Shown in pieces: positions 10,137 through 19,069 of a DNA stretch of 64,000 nucleotides. Source of the stretch: SAR202 cluster bacterium. Its GTDB lineage: Bacteria > Chloroflexota > Dehalococcoidia > Lucifugimonadales > UBA6927. Within the stretch, counting starts at the first letter, position 1. The number at the start of each line of letters is the position of its first letter. Position numbers and translations under genes: made by a program. The DNA is taken from contig JAKUTX010000008.1 of the NCBI GenBank assembly GCA_022447855.1, positions 3,987-67,986 on the forward strand. Direction: 5' to 3'. The notes beneath the pieces were generated by a model. It was not told where the DNA came from. It did not search any database and was given only the letters and a program-made list of their open reading frames with translations.

Positions 10137-11404
10137 AAATTCTCATTATAGGAAACGGAGCGCGCGAACATGCGATTGGATGGAACCTCTTCAATAGTCC
10201 ATCCAACCATGATATTTTCGTTGCCCCTGGAAATGCAGGCACCAATCAGTTTGCAAAAAATGTTGAAATAGATTCAAACAATATTCCTGAATTATTAGAT
10301 TTTGCAAAATCTCTTCCTGCAGATTTAACCATTGTAGGTCCAGAAATTCCTCTATCAAACGGAATCGTAGATGAATTTCAAAAATACGAATTACCAATTT
10401 TCGGACCATCAGCTAAAGCTTCTATGATTGAAAGTAGTAAATCTTATGCAAAAAGAATAATGACCTCCGCCGGTGTTCCTACCGCCAAATCACAAGTATT
10501 CACATCTCAATCAAAAATAACAGAATTCTTGACAAATTGTTCTGCTCCTGTAGTGATCAAAGCTGATGGCCTTGCCGCAGGCAAAGGGGTGATCATAGCG
10601 CAATCAAAAGAAGAAATTGATAATGCAATTACAGAAATGTTTGTAAATAGATCTTTTGGCGAAGCTTCAGACAAAGTACTCGTAGAAGAATTCCTAGAAG
10701 GAAATGAAATTAGTATTTTTGGGTTTGTTGATGGAGAAAAAGTTTCTTCATTAGTTCCAGCATGTGACTACAAAAAAATATTCGAAAACGATCTTGGACC
10801 TAATACTGGTGGAATGGGAGCTTATAGCCCCCCTCCAATTTGGTCTAAACAACTTGAAAATTCAATCAGAGAATCTATATTCTTACCTGTTGCTAAGGAA
10901 TTAGTAAATAATCAAAACCCTTACAAAGGGTTGCTTTATGCTGGATTGATGATCACTAAGAATGGTCCTATGGTTATTGAATTTAATTGTAGATTCGGAG
11001 ATCCTGAAGCACAAGTAATTCTACCCAGAATGAAGTCAGATCTTGCGAAATTATGCCTTGATATCGCTAACGGCAATCTCATCCAAAACCAACCTATAGA
11101 ATGGGATCCAGATCCAGCTGTGACTGTTGTAATAGCAAGTGGAGGTTATCCCGAAAATTATACAATTGGACATGAAATTTCTGGACTAAAAAAATCAACA
11201 AATCAAGTCATGGTCTTTCATGCAGGAACACAATTAAATCAAGATGGGAAAATTGTTACTTCTGGCGGAAGAGTCCTGTCGATTACGGCTAAAGGTTCAT
11301 CTTTTGAATCAGCAAGAAATTTAGCCTATACAGAAATTGAATCAATCAATTTCAAAAATGCCTATTACAGAACAGATATAGCCTCAAAAATATTAGAAGG
11401 TTGA
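10133..11404 (+). CDS. purD: phosphoribosylamine--glycine ligase
   Basis: 423 aa. MKILIIGNGAREHA start and ATP-grasp core (VIKADGLAAGKGV, EFNCRFGDPE). Confidence 0.95.
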   Translation: MKILIIGNGAREHAIGWNLFNSPSNHDIFVAPGNAGTNQFAKNVEIDSNNIPELLDFAKSLPADLTIVGPEIPLSNGIVDEFQKYELPIFGPSAKASMIESSKSYAKRIMTSAGVPTAKSQVFTSQSKITEFLTNCSAPVVIKADGLAAGKGVIIAQSKEEIDNAITEMFVNRSFGEASDKVLVEEFLEGNEISIFGFVDGEKVSSLVPACDYKKIFENDLGPNTGGMGAYSPPPIWSKQLENSIRESIFLPVAKELVNNQNPYKGLLYAGLMITKNGPMVIEFNCRFGDPEAQVILPRMKSDLAKLCLDIANGNLIQNQPIEWDPDPAVTVVIASGGYPENYTIGHEISGLKKSTNQVMVFHAGTQLNQDGKIVTSGGRVLSITAKGSSFESARNLAYTEIESINFKNAYYRTDIASKILEG

Positions 11405-11412
11405 TAATCGAG

Positions 11413-12597
11413 ATGAAAAATATTCTAGAGAATTCTATAAATTCAGGCTCCTTAATATTGCCAACCGACAAGAAATTTTCCAGTATCGTAGATTTATCTA
11501 AAACGTTAGCAAAACTCTCAGGAAATCAATTTTCTATTAAAAACGAAGATAGAAAATCTGATGAATTACTAAAAATGATTGGAATACCTGAGCACTTAGT
11601 TTTTGTGATCATAGATGGACTTGGAATGAACATTCTCAGAAATTTAGACTCTAATAACTTTTTAAACACAAACTTAAAATCAGAATTACTAACGGTTTTC
11701 CCTAGTTCTACACCTGTCGCACTTACTAGCTTTTCCACCGGGCTTTGGCCTTCGGAACATGGAATCACTAATTGGTTCACTTATCTACCAGAAATAAACA
11801 AAGTTTCAACCATTATACATTTTTCCACCAGAGCAGAAGGCAAAAACCTTGCTGAATTTGGGCTTACGCCAAAAGATGTATACAAATTTTCTTCTATCAT
11901 CGAAAATTCTACATACGATGCGAAATCTATTCTACCCTCATACATCGCAAACAGTGAATTCTCTCTACATTGGCAAAGTCCTTCAATTCCGTACGAAAAA
12001 TTCTCCGATGGTATAAATATCACGATAGACCAAATTAAACGCGCAAAAAACAGATCTTTTACACTTCTATATTCGCCTATTGTTGATGCAACAGCACATC
12101 AAAAAGGGGTTTATCACGAAGACACAATAAAAGCAGCTCAAAAAATCAACAATGAACTCGATCGATTGTATTCGACTATAAATGGACAAGCCAAAATAAT
12201 AGTTACTGCTGATCATGGCCTATTAGACATCCCTAAAAACAAGATCTTTACTATTCCGAACAATGAACTTAAAAAGTGTATAAACAACGAGCCTTGGGGA
12301 GATATGAGAGCAGTTTTCTTTGATGTTAAAAAATCGAAAACTGAAGAATTCCAAAATTTACTATTGAAATCCACTAAGGAAAATTTTGCCTTATTAACTA
12401 TTGATGAAGTAGTGGAAATGGGTTTATTCGGACCAAATCAATTTTCTTCAATAGCGAAATCTAGAATTGGTACACATTTAGCAATTTCACTTGGGGAATC
12501 AATAATTTCATATAAAGAAGCTCCTTATGAGAATATGGTCGGTGCACATTCAGGTATTACTCCTGAGGAATTATTTGTCCCTTTAATAATTGCTTGA
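11413..12597 (+). CDS. alkaline-phosphatase-superfamily phosphodiesterase/nucleotide pyrophosphatase-like protein
   Basis: VIIDGLGMN metal site, FPSSTPVALTSFSTG (nucleophile Thr region), DATAHQKG and VTADHG. The track ORF starts at a TTG at 11401; the ATG at 11413 is preferred. Confidence 0.6.
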   Translation: MKNILENSINSGSLILPTDKKFSSIVDLSKTLAKLSGNQFSIKNEDRKSDELLKMIGIPEHLVFVIIDGLGMNILRNLDSNNFLNTNLKSELLTVFPSSTPVALTSFSTGLWPSEHGITNWFTYLPEINKVSTIIHFSTRAEGKNLAEFGLTPKDVYKFSSIIENSTYDAKSILPSYIANSEFSLHWQSPSIPYEKFSDGINITIDQIKRAKNRSFTLLYSPIVDATAHQKGVYHEDTIKAAQKINNELDRLYSTINGQAKIIVTADHGLLDIPKNKIFTIPNNELKKCINNEPWGDMRAVFFDVKKSKTEEFQNLLLKSTKENFALLTIDEVVEMGLFGPNQFSSIAKSRIGTHLAISLGESIISYKEAPYENMVGAHSGITPEELFVPLIIA

Positions 12598-12662
12598 AAT
12601 TGGATATATTAAATAGTATCTAATATTTAATATATAACCAAAAACTTTAATAGGAGATTTTT

Positions 12663-13118
12663 ATGCCGTTAGTAGGTGTTGTAATGGGAAGTGCGTCTGA
12701 CAAAGAGCTTGTGCAAAACACTGTAGATGTACTTGACCAAATGGGAATAGAAAATGAAGTCATAGTCGCGTCTGCGCATCGTACACCAGAGAAAGTTGCC
12801 GAATATGGAAAGACTGCGCGCGATAGAGGGATTGAAGTAATCATTGCAGCCGCAGGAGGATCTGCAGGTCTTCCTGGAGTGTTAGCATCTTGGACCACCT
12901 TGCCAATTATTGGTGTACCTCTTCCTTCTAGTGATCTCGGTGGAATTGATTCGCTGCATGCGATAGCTCAAATGCCTCCTGGAATTCCCGTTGCATGTGT
13001 GGCTGTCGGATCATGGGGAGCAAGAAATTCTGCATTCCTTGCAGCCCAAATCTTAGGATTACACCACGAAAAAATCCGCCAAGCTTATGACCAATACCGA
13101 GAAAACATGAAAAAATAA
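12663..13118 (+). CDS. purE: 5-(carboxyamino)imidazole ribonucleotide mutase
   Basis: 151 aa. VGVVMGSASD, ASAHRTPE, AAAGGSAGLPGV. RBS TAGGAG upstream. Confidence 0.9.
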   Translation: MPLVGVVMGSASDKELVQNTVDVLDQMGIENEVIVASAHRTPEKVAEYGKTARDRGIEVIIAAAGGSAGLPGVLASWTTLPIIGVPLPSSDLGGIDSLHAIAQMPPGIPVACVAVGSWGARNSAFLAAQILGLHHEKIRQAYDQYRENMKK

Positions 13119-13121
13119 ATT

Positions 13122-14411
13122 ATGATTGAACGATATTCAAGACCAAAAATGAAAAAAATTTGGTCTGATGAAAACAAATACAACAAATGGTTGTTAGTTG
13201 AAATTGCCGTATGTGAAGCTTGGACACAAGAGGGTATTATACCCGAATCAGACATGGCCAAATTAAGGAATGTCAATTACGACCCAATAAGATTGAAAGA
13301 AATCCTAGACATTACCAAACACGATATGACTGCATTTTTGCGATCAATTACAGAAAAAATTGGTCCTGAAGGAAGATGGCTACACCTTGGACTGACTACA
13401 AGCGACGTTTGGGATACAGCTACAAGTCTCCAGCTTATCGAAGCAGCAAATCTTTTAGAAAAAGAATTAGACATTCTAATTGATAAACTTTCAGAACTAG
13501 CAACTAATGAACGTCACACTCTAATGATTGGCAGAACACATGGGGTGCATGCTGAACCTATAACTTTTGGACTGAAGCTTGCAATTTGGTGGGACGAAAT
13601 GCGCAGAGCCAAATTAAAACTTCAACAAGCAAAAAACTCAATTTCTGTTGGAAAACTTTCTGGCCCAGTTGGTACTTACGCGACAATACCTCCAAATTTA
13701 GAAACTAAAGTATGTGAAATTTTAGGTATTCAGGCAGCACCAGTATCCAACCAAATTGTCCAAAGGGATAGGCACGCTCATTTTGTCACAACACTAGCAT
13801 TGATCGCATCTTCTCTAGACAAATTTGCAACAGAGATACGAGGAATGCAGCGTACTGAAGTTCGAGAAGTTGAAGAACCATTCTCAGAAGGTCAAACCGG
13901 GTCATCATCAATGCCACATAAACGTAATCCAGAATTGACTGAACGTGTATGTGGGCTAGCACGTTTAATCCGAGGACATAGTCTCGCATCTATGGAAAAC
14001 GTTGCCTTATGGGGTGAACGTGATATCAGCCATTCATCCGCAGAACGCATTATTCTTCCCGATTCATGTTTGGCATTAGACTACATGCTTAGTATTTTCA
14101 ATCATGTGATGTCAGGTATTAGAATATATAGAGATCGAATGCTTGAGAATATTGAGTTGACTCACGGACTAGTTTTTTCACAACGTGTAATGCTAGAACT
14201 AGTTGAAAAAGGAATTTCTAGAGAAAATGCATATGAAATAGTCCAATCAAATGCTTCTTTAGTTTGGGAACAACAAAAGGATTTTCGAGATCTCATTTCA
14301 AATGATGCAAGAGTCAAAGCTAGTTTGAGCAAAGATGAAATTTTGGAAATATTTAATTACAATTATTACATTAGGTATATCGACGAAGTCTTTGACCGTC
14401 TAAAAATTTAA
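13122..14411 (+). CDS. purB: adenylosuccinate lyase
   Basis: 429 aa. MIERYSRP start and the GSSSMPHKRNP signature loop. Confidence 0.95.
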   Translation: MIERYSRPKMKKIWSDENKYNKWLLVEIAVCEAWTQEGIIPESDMAKLRNVNYDPIRLKEILDITKHDMTAFLRSITEKIGPEGRWLHLGLTTSDVWDTATSLQLIEAANLLEKELDILIDKLSELATNERHTLMIGRTHGVHAEPITFGLKLAIWWDEMRRAKLKLQQAKNSISVGKLSGPVGTYATIPPNLETKVCEILGIQAAPVSNQIVQRDRHAHFVTTLALIASSLDKFATEIRGMQRTEVREVEEPFSEGQTGSSSMPHKRNPELTERVCGLARLIRGHSLASMENVALWGERDISHSSAERIILPDSCLALDYMLSIFNHVMSGIRIYRDRMLENIELTHGLVFSQRVMLELVEKGISRENAYEIVQSNASLVWEQQKDFRDLISNDARVKASLSKDEILEIFNYNYYIRYIDEVFDRLKI

Positions 14412-14435
14412 ATTGATAAAAGTTATGGAGTGATC

Positions 14436-15311
14436 ATGAGCGTTTTAAGAGAGAGTCCCCTACCAAATTTATTATATAGAGGAAAGGTAAGAGACACACA
14501 TTCAGTCGACGAAGATTCATTATTAATGATTGCAACTGATAGAATCTCTGCATTCGATGTAGTACTACCAACTGCAATTCCAGAAAAAGGAGCCGTTTTA
14601 AACCAAATATCATCATTTTGGTTTGAAAAAACTGCTCATATTATTCCAAATCATTTTCTACACCTTGCATCAACAGATTCCAAACAAGATCTGCCAATCG
14701 ATGTAGCCAGACGTGGAATGATTGTTCGAAATGCAGAAAGAATAGATATTGAATGCATTGTCAGAGGTTATATCACCGGATCAGCTTTATCTGAGTACAA
14801 AAAAACGGGTCTGGTGAATGGTGAATCTATGCCAGATGGACTACAAGATGGTGACATGTTCCCAACACCACTTTTTACTCCTACAACCAAGGCTGATGAA
14901 GGACATGACGAAAACATGTCTATTGCCGAAGTCGAAGAAATGGTTGGTAAGGATTTAGCTGACAAACTCGCAGAGGTTTCGATTTCTGTATATGAATATG
15001 CAAGAGATTTCGCTACCCAAAAGGGAATAATTATAGCTGATACAAAAATGGAATTCGGTCTTATAGATGGCAAATTACATCTAATCGACGAATTATTAAC
15101 TCCAGATTCAAGTCGTTTCTGGAATGCAGATGAATATTCCCCTGGAAAATCACAGCCAAGCTATGACAAACAATTTGTTAGAGATTGGCTTGATACTCAG
15201 GGTTGGGATCATGAACCTCCAGCCCCCGAACTTCCAGATGATGTAGTAAATCGAACCACCGAAAAATACATTGATGCGTATAACAAGTTGACAGGACGCC
15301 AACTTGTCTAG
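14436..15311 (+). CDS. purC: phosphoribosylaminoimidazole-succinocarboxamide synthase
   Basis: LLYRGKVRD, ATDRISAFD and IADTKMEFG motifs. ATG at 14436 preferred (GGAG 5 nt upstream) over the GTG at 14430. Confidence 0.9.
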   Translation: MSVLRESPLPNLLYRGKVRDTHSVDEDSLLMIATDRISAFDVVLPTAIPEKGAVLNQISSFWFEKTAHIIPNHFLHLASTDSKQDLPIDVARRGMIVRNAERIDIECIVRGYITGSALSEYKKTGLVNGESMPDGLQDGDMFPTPLFTPTTKADEGHDENMSIAEVEEMVGKDLADKLAEVSISVYEYARDFATQKGIIIADTKMEFGLIDGKLHLIDELLTPDSSRFWNADEYSPGKSQPSYDKQFVRDWLDTQGWDHEPPAPELPDDVVNRTTEKYIDAYNKLTGRQLV

Positions 15312-15345
15312 AAAATAACTATAAATACATTATTTATGGGATTCT

Positions 15346-16035
15346 ATGACTTCAAAACCTACTAAAAAACAGCAACGCCTCACGCCTACGCAAGCTCGAG
15401 CCGCAAGAAGATCTCGAAAGCAGAGTCGTGGAAAATTTATTCGTTATGGTGGAGCGATACTAATAGTCGCAATAGCGCTCTTGCTTATTCTGAGTCTGAT
15501 ACTACCTGGATTACCAATTGGTACTGGCTCTACTGGAGATTCAGAAACTGGAGTAAATCTTAATCCATTCGACAACACTCCTGAAGGTAGTTGGATCAAA
15601 ATTGAAAACCAAGGACGTGACCACATTTTCCCTGATACTGAACATCCCGATTACAACTCCTATCCAGCGACTTCAGGATGGCATTACAATATGCCTATAG
15701 CCCCAGTCCGTTGGGGAGTCCACGAAAAAATAATCGAAGACGAATATCGTCTGCATAATCTTGAACATGGAGGAATTGCAATTCATTACAATTGTGAATC
15801 AACTAATGAAGAATGTCAGAATTTAATTGTGTCATTATCCCAATTTGTTAATCAAAAAGTTAATGAAGAAAGGTTTGAAATCATTCTCTCTCCTTATGAG
15901 AATATGGAGTCGAAAATAGCATTAACTGCATGGGATTACATCGACAAATTCGAAACATTAGACCTTGATCGTATCAATGCCTTCATCAAAGCCCACCACA
16001 ATTCTCGGAATGCACCTGAGTGGCCTGCAAGATAA
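15346..16035 (+). CDS. DUF3105-like membrane-anchored protein
   Basis: 229 aa. Basic N-terminus, one TM helix (GGAILIVAIALLLILSLIL) and a HNLEHGGIAIHYNC motif, which I recall as typical of DUF3105. Confidence 0.5.
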   Translation: MTSKPTKKQQRLTPTQARAARRSRKQSRGKFIRYGGAILIVAIALLLILSLILPGLPIGTGSTGDSETGVNLNPFDNTPEGSWIKIENQGRDHIFPDTEHPDYNSYPATSGWHYNMPIAPVRWGVHEKIIEDEYRLHNLEHGGIAIHYNCESTNEECQNLIVSLSQFVNQKVNEERFEIILSPYENMESKIALTAWDYIDKFETLDLDRINAFIKAHHNSRNAPEWPAR

Positions 16036-16050
16036 AGAATTTAACACCAA

Positions 16051-16299
16051 ATGTTCCTAGCAAAAATTTATATCAGCTTCAAATCATCTGTAAATGACCC
16101 AGAGGGCAGTACAATTCAATCTGGTCTTGCACAATTAGGGTTTGAATCCGTTACATCTGTTAGATCAGGAAAATATTTTGAGATCAAAATTTGCGAAACA
16201 GAGAAGAAAATTGCATCCGAAAAAATTCAAGAAATGTGTGACAAACTTTTATCAAACCCAGTCATAGAAACTTACAAGTTCGACCTAGTTTCTATATAA
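16051..16299 (+). CDS. purS: phosphoribosylformylglycinamidine synthase subunit PurS
   Basis: 82 aa. Size and the VNDPEG...GF..V..VR.GK.FE pattern match PurS. No purQ or purL nearby. Confidence 0.85.
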   Translation: MFLAKIYISFKSSVNDPEGSTIQSGLAQLGFESVTSVRSGKYFEIKICETEKKIASEKIQEMCDKLLSNPVIETYKFDLVSI

Positions 16300-16318
16300 G
16301 CACTAACAAAATTTTAAA

Positions 16319-16918
16319 TTACCCAGTAATTGTACCCTTTGTACTTGGAATCTCTCCAGATCTACGTGGATCAATATCCAGTGCAAACCTCATTGCCCTT
16401 GCCAACGCCTTAAATATTGCTTCGGATTTATGATGGTTATTAACACCTGAGATCAATCGTACATGCAAATTAAATGCACCTTCTCTAGCCATAGATTCTA
16501 GAAGATGTTCAATTAAATCACCGCTCAAACCACCTAAATCAACATGGCCAATTTCAGTATTTAACACCGAATATCCTCTACCTCCAAAATCAACCACTAC
16601 CAAAGCTAAAGCTTCATCAAGAGGTACATATGAGTGTGCCATACGATTAATCCCTTTTGCATCACCTACAGATTGCCTAAGAGCCCTTCCAAGAGTTATT
16701 CCTACATCTTCTACTAAATGATGATATCCCAAATCTATATCACCAGATGCCTCAACTTTAACATCCATTAATCCATGTCTAGATAGCTGAGCAATCATAT
16801 GATCCAAAAATGCATTACTAGTATTTATCTTATATTGGCCTGTTCCGTCTAAATTTATTTCTACGGAAACATTAGTTTCATCTGTTTTCCGTTCAATTTT
16901 TGCTTTTCTACTAGTCAT
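16319..16918 (-). CDS. hisB: imidazoleglycerol-phosphate dehydratase
   Basis: 199 aa. RKTDETNVSVEINLDG, DHMIAQLSRHG and HHLVED motifs. Monofunctional, with no N-terminal phosphatase domain. Confidence 0.95.
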   Translation of the reverse strand: MTSRKAKIERKTDETNVSVEINLDGTGQYKINTSNAFLDHMIAQLSRHGLMDVKVEASGDIDLGYHHLVEDVGITLGRALRQSVGDAKGINRMAHSYVPLDEALALVVVDFGGRGYSVLNTEIGHVDLGGLSGDLIEHLLESMAREGAFNLHVRLISGVNNHHKSEAIFKALARAMRFALDIDPRRSGEIPSTKGTITG

Positions 16919-16940
16919 TTTTCAACACTCCATAATTAGA

Positions 16941-16950
16941 TTAACACATT
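16941..16950. repeat. left copy of the 10-bp direct repeat TTAACACATT flanking the his-operon insert
   Basis: An exact copy recurs at 17958-17967. Together they bracket the composition-shifted, ORF-poor segment. Confidence 0.6.
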
Positions 16951-17957
16951 GAATATCCGAAACTCCATACAATATCAGGGTCCCTCATTCCATATCATGC
17001 CCTATCACCACCATTTCGAGTACCTTCATCCTTAGAAGATTTGCGTCGCTGTAAACAGCCTCGCGCGGAGTTAGGTACATCTTGAGGTACATTCTGTGGT
17101 AAAAATCTAATTTTCGGTTAAATTGTGGTCAGGTTTTCTAGCTTCCAGTTGGCTGGGTTTGGGTGGTTTGTAAGTATTCATTGTATTACTGGTGGAGAGG
17201 GTATGTCTTAGTGATTGTGGTTTGTTGTAGTGGATACGCGTGACAGTTCAGAAATTATAAAAAAGGACGGTGCAACTAGTGGTTAGCCTGATGAGGGCTA
17301 AAAGATGACGGTCTACCACAGGACAAGAAACCTACTCTTGGGATAACCACAGATTCAGTTCCTAAAAGGCAGGCCGATAGCCACGTCACAACGTCCCATA
17401 TAGAAGTATATCATCCATAAAGCCATATACAAAAGGGACGGTGTAACAGTGGTTATGCGTGTCACAACGTCCCAAAGAGGACGCATCACAACGTCCTTGT
17501 ACAAGATAGCATATTTATAAAAGGGGCGTGTATAATCCGACCATTATGAGAAAATTTCTATTTATTGTGGGTGTGCCTTTCATAGGTTTTATTTTGTGGT
17601 GTGTTGGCTTAGCTCTCATTATGGCGCACATTGTTCAGAAGAATCCGAACCTCTTTGTACTAGCATTGGTATATACAGGTTTAGCGATTGCAGGGACTGT
17701 ATTCTTTACTAGAAAGATTCTTAAAAAAGCCGGTTACTCCTGAGTAGTGTTACTGCTCCGTGAGAGACTGAGAATGTGGACGGAAAACGTTCTGAAGTAG
17801 GGAATAATTTCCTGATTGATAACCGTGATAGTTACGCGAGCACTACCCTACTGGACGTCCTCTTGCAAACCGCTGTACTATCGCTTACATTACGGATATA
17901 GCGTGAGACTTTCATGCTGTTTATAAGCCACGGTCTCCGAGTGTTCTCGATTTCTTC
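16951..17957. mobile_element. candidate non-autonomous insertion (about 1 kb) between hisC and hisB
   Basis: Flanked by the 10-bp direct repeat. Removing it leaves a 38-nt hisC-hisB spacer that keeps the GGAG before hisB. G+C is higher than its surroundings: by hand count, 59/120 at 17281-17400 versus 19/60 at 16861-16920. Many GGACG/CGTCC hairpins. No transposase. Confidence 0.35.
17546..17743 (+). CDS. small two-TM membrane protein encoded inside the insert
   Basis: 65 aa from the ATG at 17546: MRKFLFIVGVPFIGFILWCVGLALIMAHIV...LFVLALVYTGLAIAGTVFF, two hydrophobic helices. TATAAT at 17531-17536 lies just upstream. Opposite strand to the his genes. Confidence 0.35.
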   Translation: MRKFLFIVGVPFIGFILWCVGLALIMAHIVQKNPNLFVLALVYTGLAIAGTVFFTRKILKKAGYS

Positions 17958-17967
17958 TTAACACATT
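17958..17967. repeat. right copy of the 10-bp direct repeat TTAACACATT
   Basis: Identical to 16941-16950. Lies 6 nt from the hisC stop codon. Confidence 0.6.
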
Positions 17968-17973
17968 AGAAAA

Positions 17974-19053
17974 TCAGACCAAACGTTTTAACACACTAAT
18001 CATCCGATCAGTTTGTGCAGGCGTACCAATTGCCGTCCGGAAACAGTTTCTTAATGATTCATTATTAAACGTACGCACAAAAATACCTTCGCTTTCCAAG
18101 CCACTTACAACAAAATCTTTTTTGTATTCTTTTACTTCACACAATATATAATTCCCACTTGAAGGGACAGGTTCCAAACCATCAATATCAACTAATAAGC
18201 TAAACAACCGATCTCTTTCATCTACTATACTTCGAACATTCTTTAGCAAAAACGCAGAATCATCAATAGAGGCAATCAATGCGTCTTCGGCAGTTACACT
18301 TAAATTGTATGGTGACTTTATATCCATTAAATGGTTGACCAAAATTGGGCTCATAATTCCATATCCCACTCTTAATCCTGCAAGCCCGGCCCATTTACTC
18401 ATAGTTCTAAGTATCACCAAATTATCAAACTCATCTATTAAATCCGCAAAGGTAAAATTGCAGAATTCATAATAGGCTTCATCCAAAACTACAAGAACAC
18501 CAGTATCAAGTAATGACCGTATTTCAAATTCCGAAGCCATATTTCCTGTAGGATTGTTTGGAGAAGCAACAAATATTATCTTTGTACGATCATTGATTGT
18601 TTTAAGAGCATCTTCAATATCAATTCCAAAACTGCTATCTCGCCTAGACAACTGAACTTCAGCTTGGTAAATCCTCGCACAAAATGCATACATCCCAAAT
18701 GTTGGTTCAAAATCCAAAATATTGTCTCCTGGTTCCACAAATAATCTGAACAACAAATCAATCAATTCATCACTTCCCGCTCCTGCGACCAAACAATCTT
18801 GGGGAAATCCAGTATATTCACTTAATTTATTACGAACTTTTCTTTGTAAAGGATCCGGGTAAACATGAACGGCAGAATTCGACACTACTTCAGAAACTTT
18901 CCCCGAAGGGCCATAAGGATTCTCATTACCATTTAATTTAATGATTTGATCAATTGGTATACCTGCTTTCTCCGCAAGCATTTCTGGAGGATCTACAGGA
19001 TCATATGAAGTGACATTACGCAAATGAGGTTTAATTAAATCTTCTATACTCAA
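17974..19053 (-). CDS. hisC: histidinol-phosphate aminotransferase
   Basis: 359 aa. LNGNENPYGPS, SPNNPTG and RTMSKWAGLAGLRVGY (PLP lysine) motifs. Confidence 0.9.
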   Translation of the reverse strand: MSIEDLIKPHLRNVTSYDPVDPPEMLAEKAGIPIDQIIKLNGNENPYGPSGKVSEVVSNSAVHVYPDPLQRKVRNKLSEYTGFPQDCLVAGAGSDELIDLLFRLFVEPGDNILDFEPTFGMYAFCARIYQAEVQLSRRDSSFGIDIEDALKTINDRTKIIFVASPNNPTGNMASEFEIRSLLDTGVLVVLDEAYYEFCNFTFADLIDEFDNLVILRTMSKWAGLAGLRVGYGIMSPILVNHLMDIKSPYNLSVTAEDALIASIDDSAFLLKNVRSIVDERDRLFSLLVDIDGLEPVPSSGNYILCEVKEYKKDFVVSGLESEGIFVRTFNNESLRNCFRTAIGTPAQTDRMISVLKRLV

Positions 19054-19069
19054 TTCTTTCTCCTATTTA

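Noticed and set aside
17288-17295. CTGATGAG, the conserved hammerhead-ribozyme core, with a GAAAC about 40 nt downstream (17328-17332).
   Set aside because: - The sequence between them does not form a stem II closed by the required G-C pair next to GAAA.
- CTGATGAG is better explained as the loop of the TTAGCC/GGCTAA hairpin.
- No suitable stem I/III or cleavage triplet could be built.
17385-17497. Three copies of (G/A)TCACAACGTCC, which could look like a mini CRISPR array.
   Set aside because: - There are only three short (about 11-13 nt) repeats.
- The spacings are irregular (about 63 and 11 nt between copies).
- The repeats act as 3' arms of hairpins.
- No cas genes are present in the window.
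16919-17973. Possibility that the ORF-free segment is a known housekeeping RNA (tmRNA, RNase P RNA, SRP RNA or 6S RNA) or a group II intron.
   Set aside because: I found none of the following:
- a tRNA-like GGTTCGA...CCA end;
- the GAAAGTCCGG P4 block;
- the SRP GGAAG...CAGCC motif;
- a domain V-like hairpin.

Absence by eye is not proof, so a covariance-model scan is still advised.
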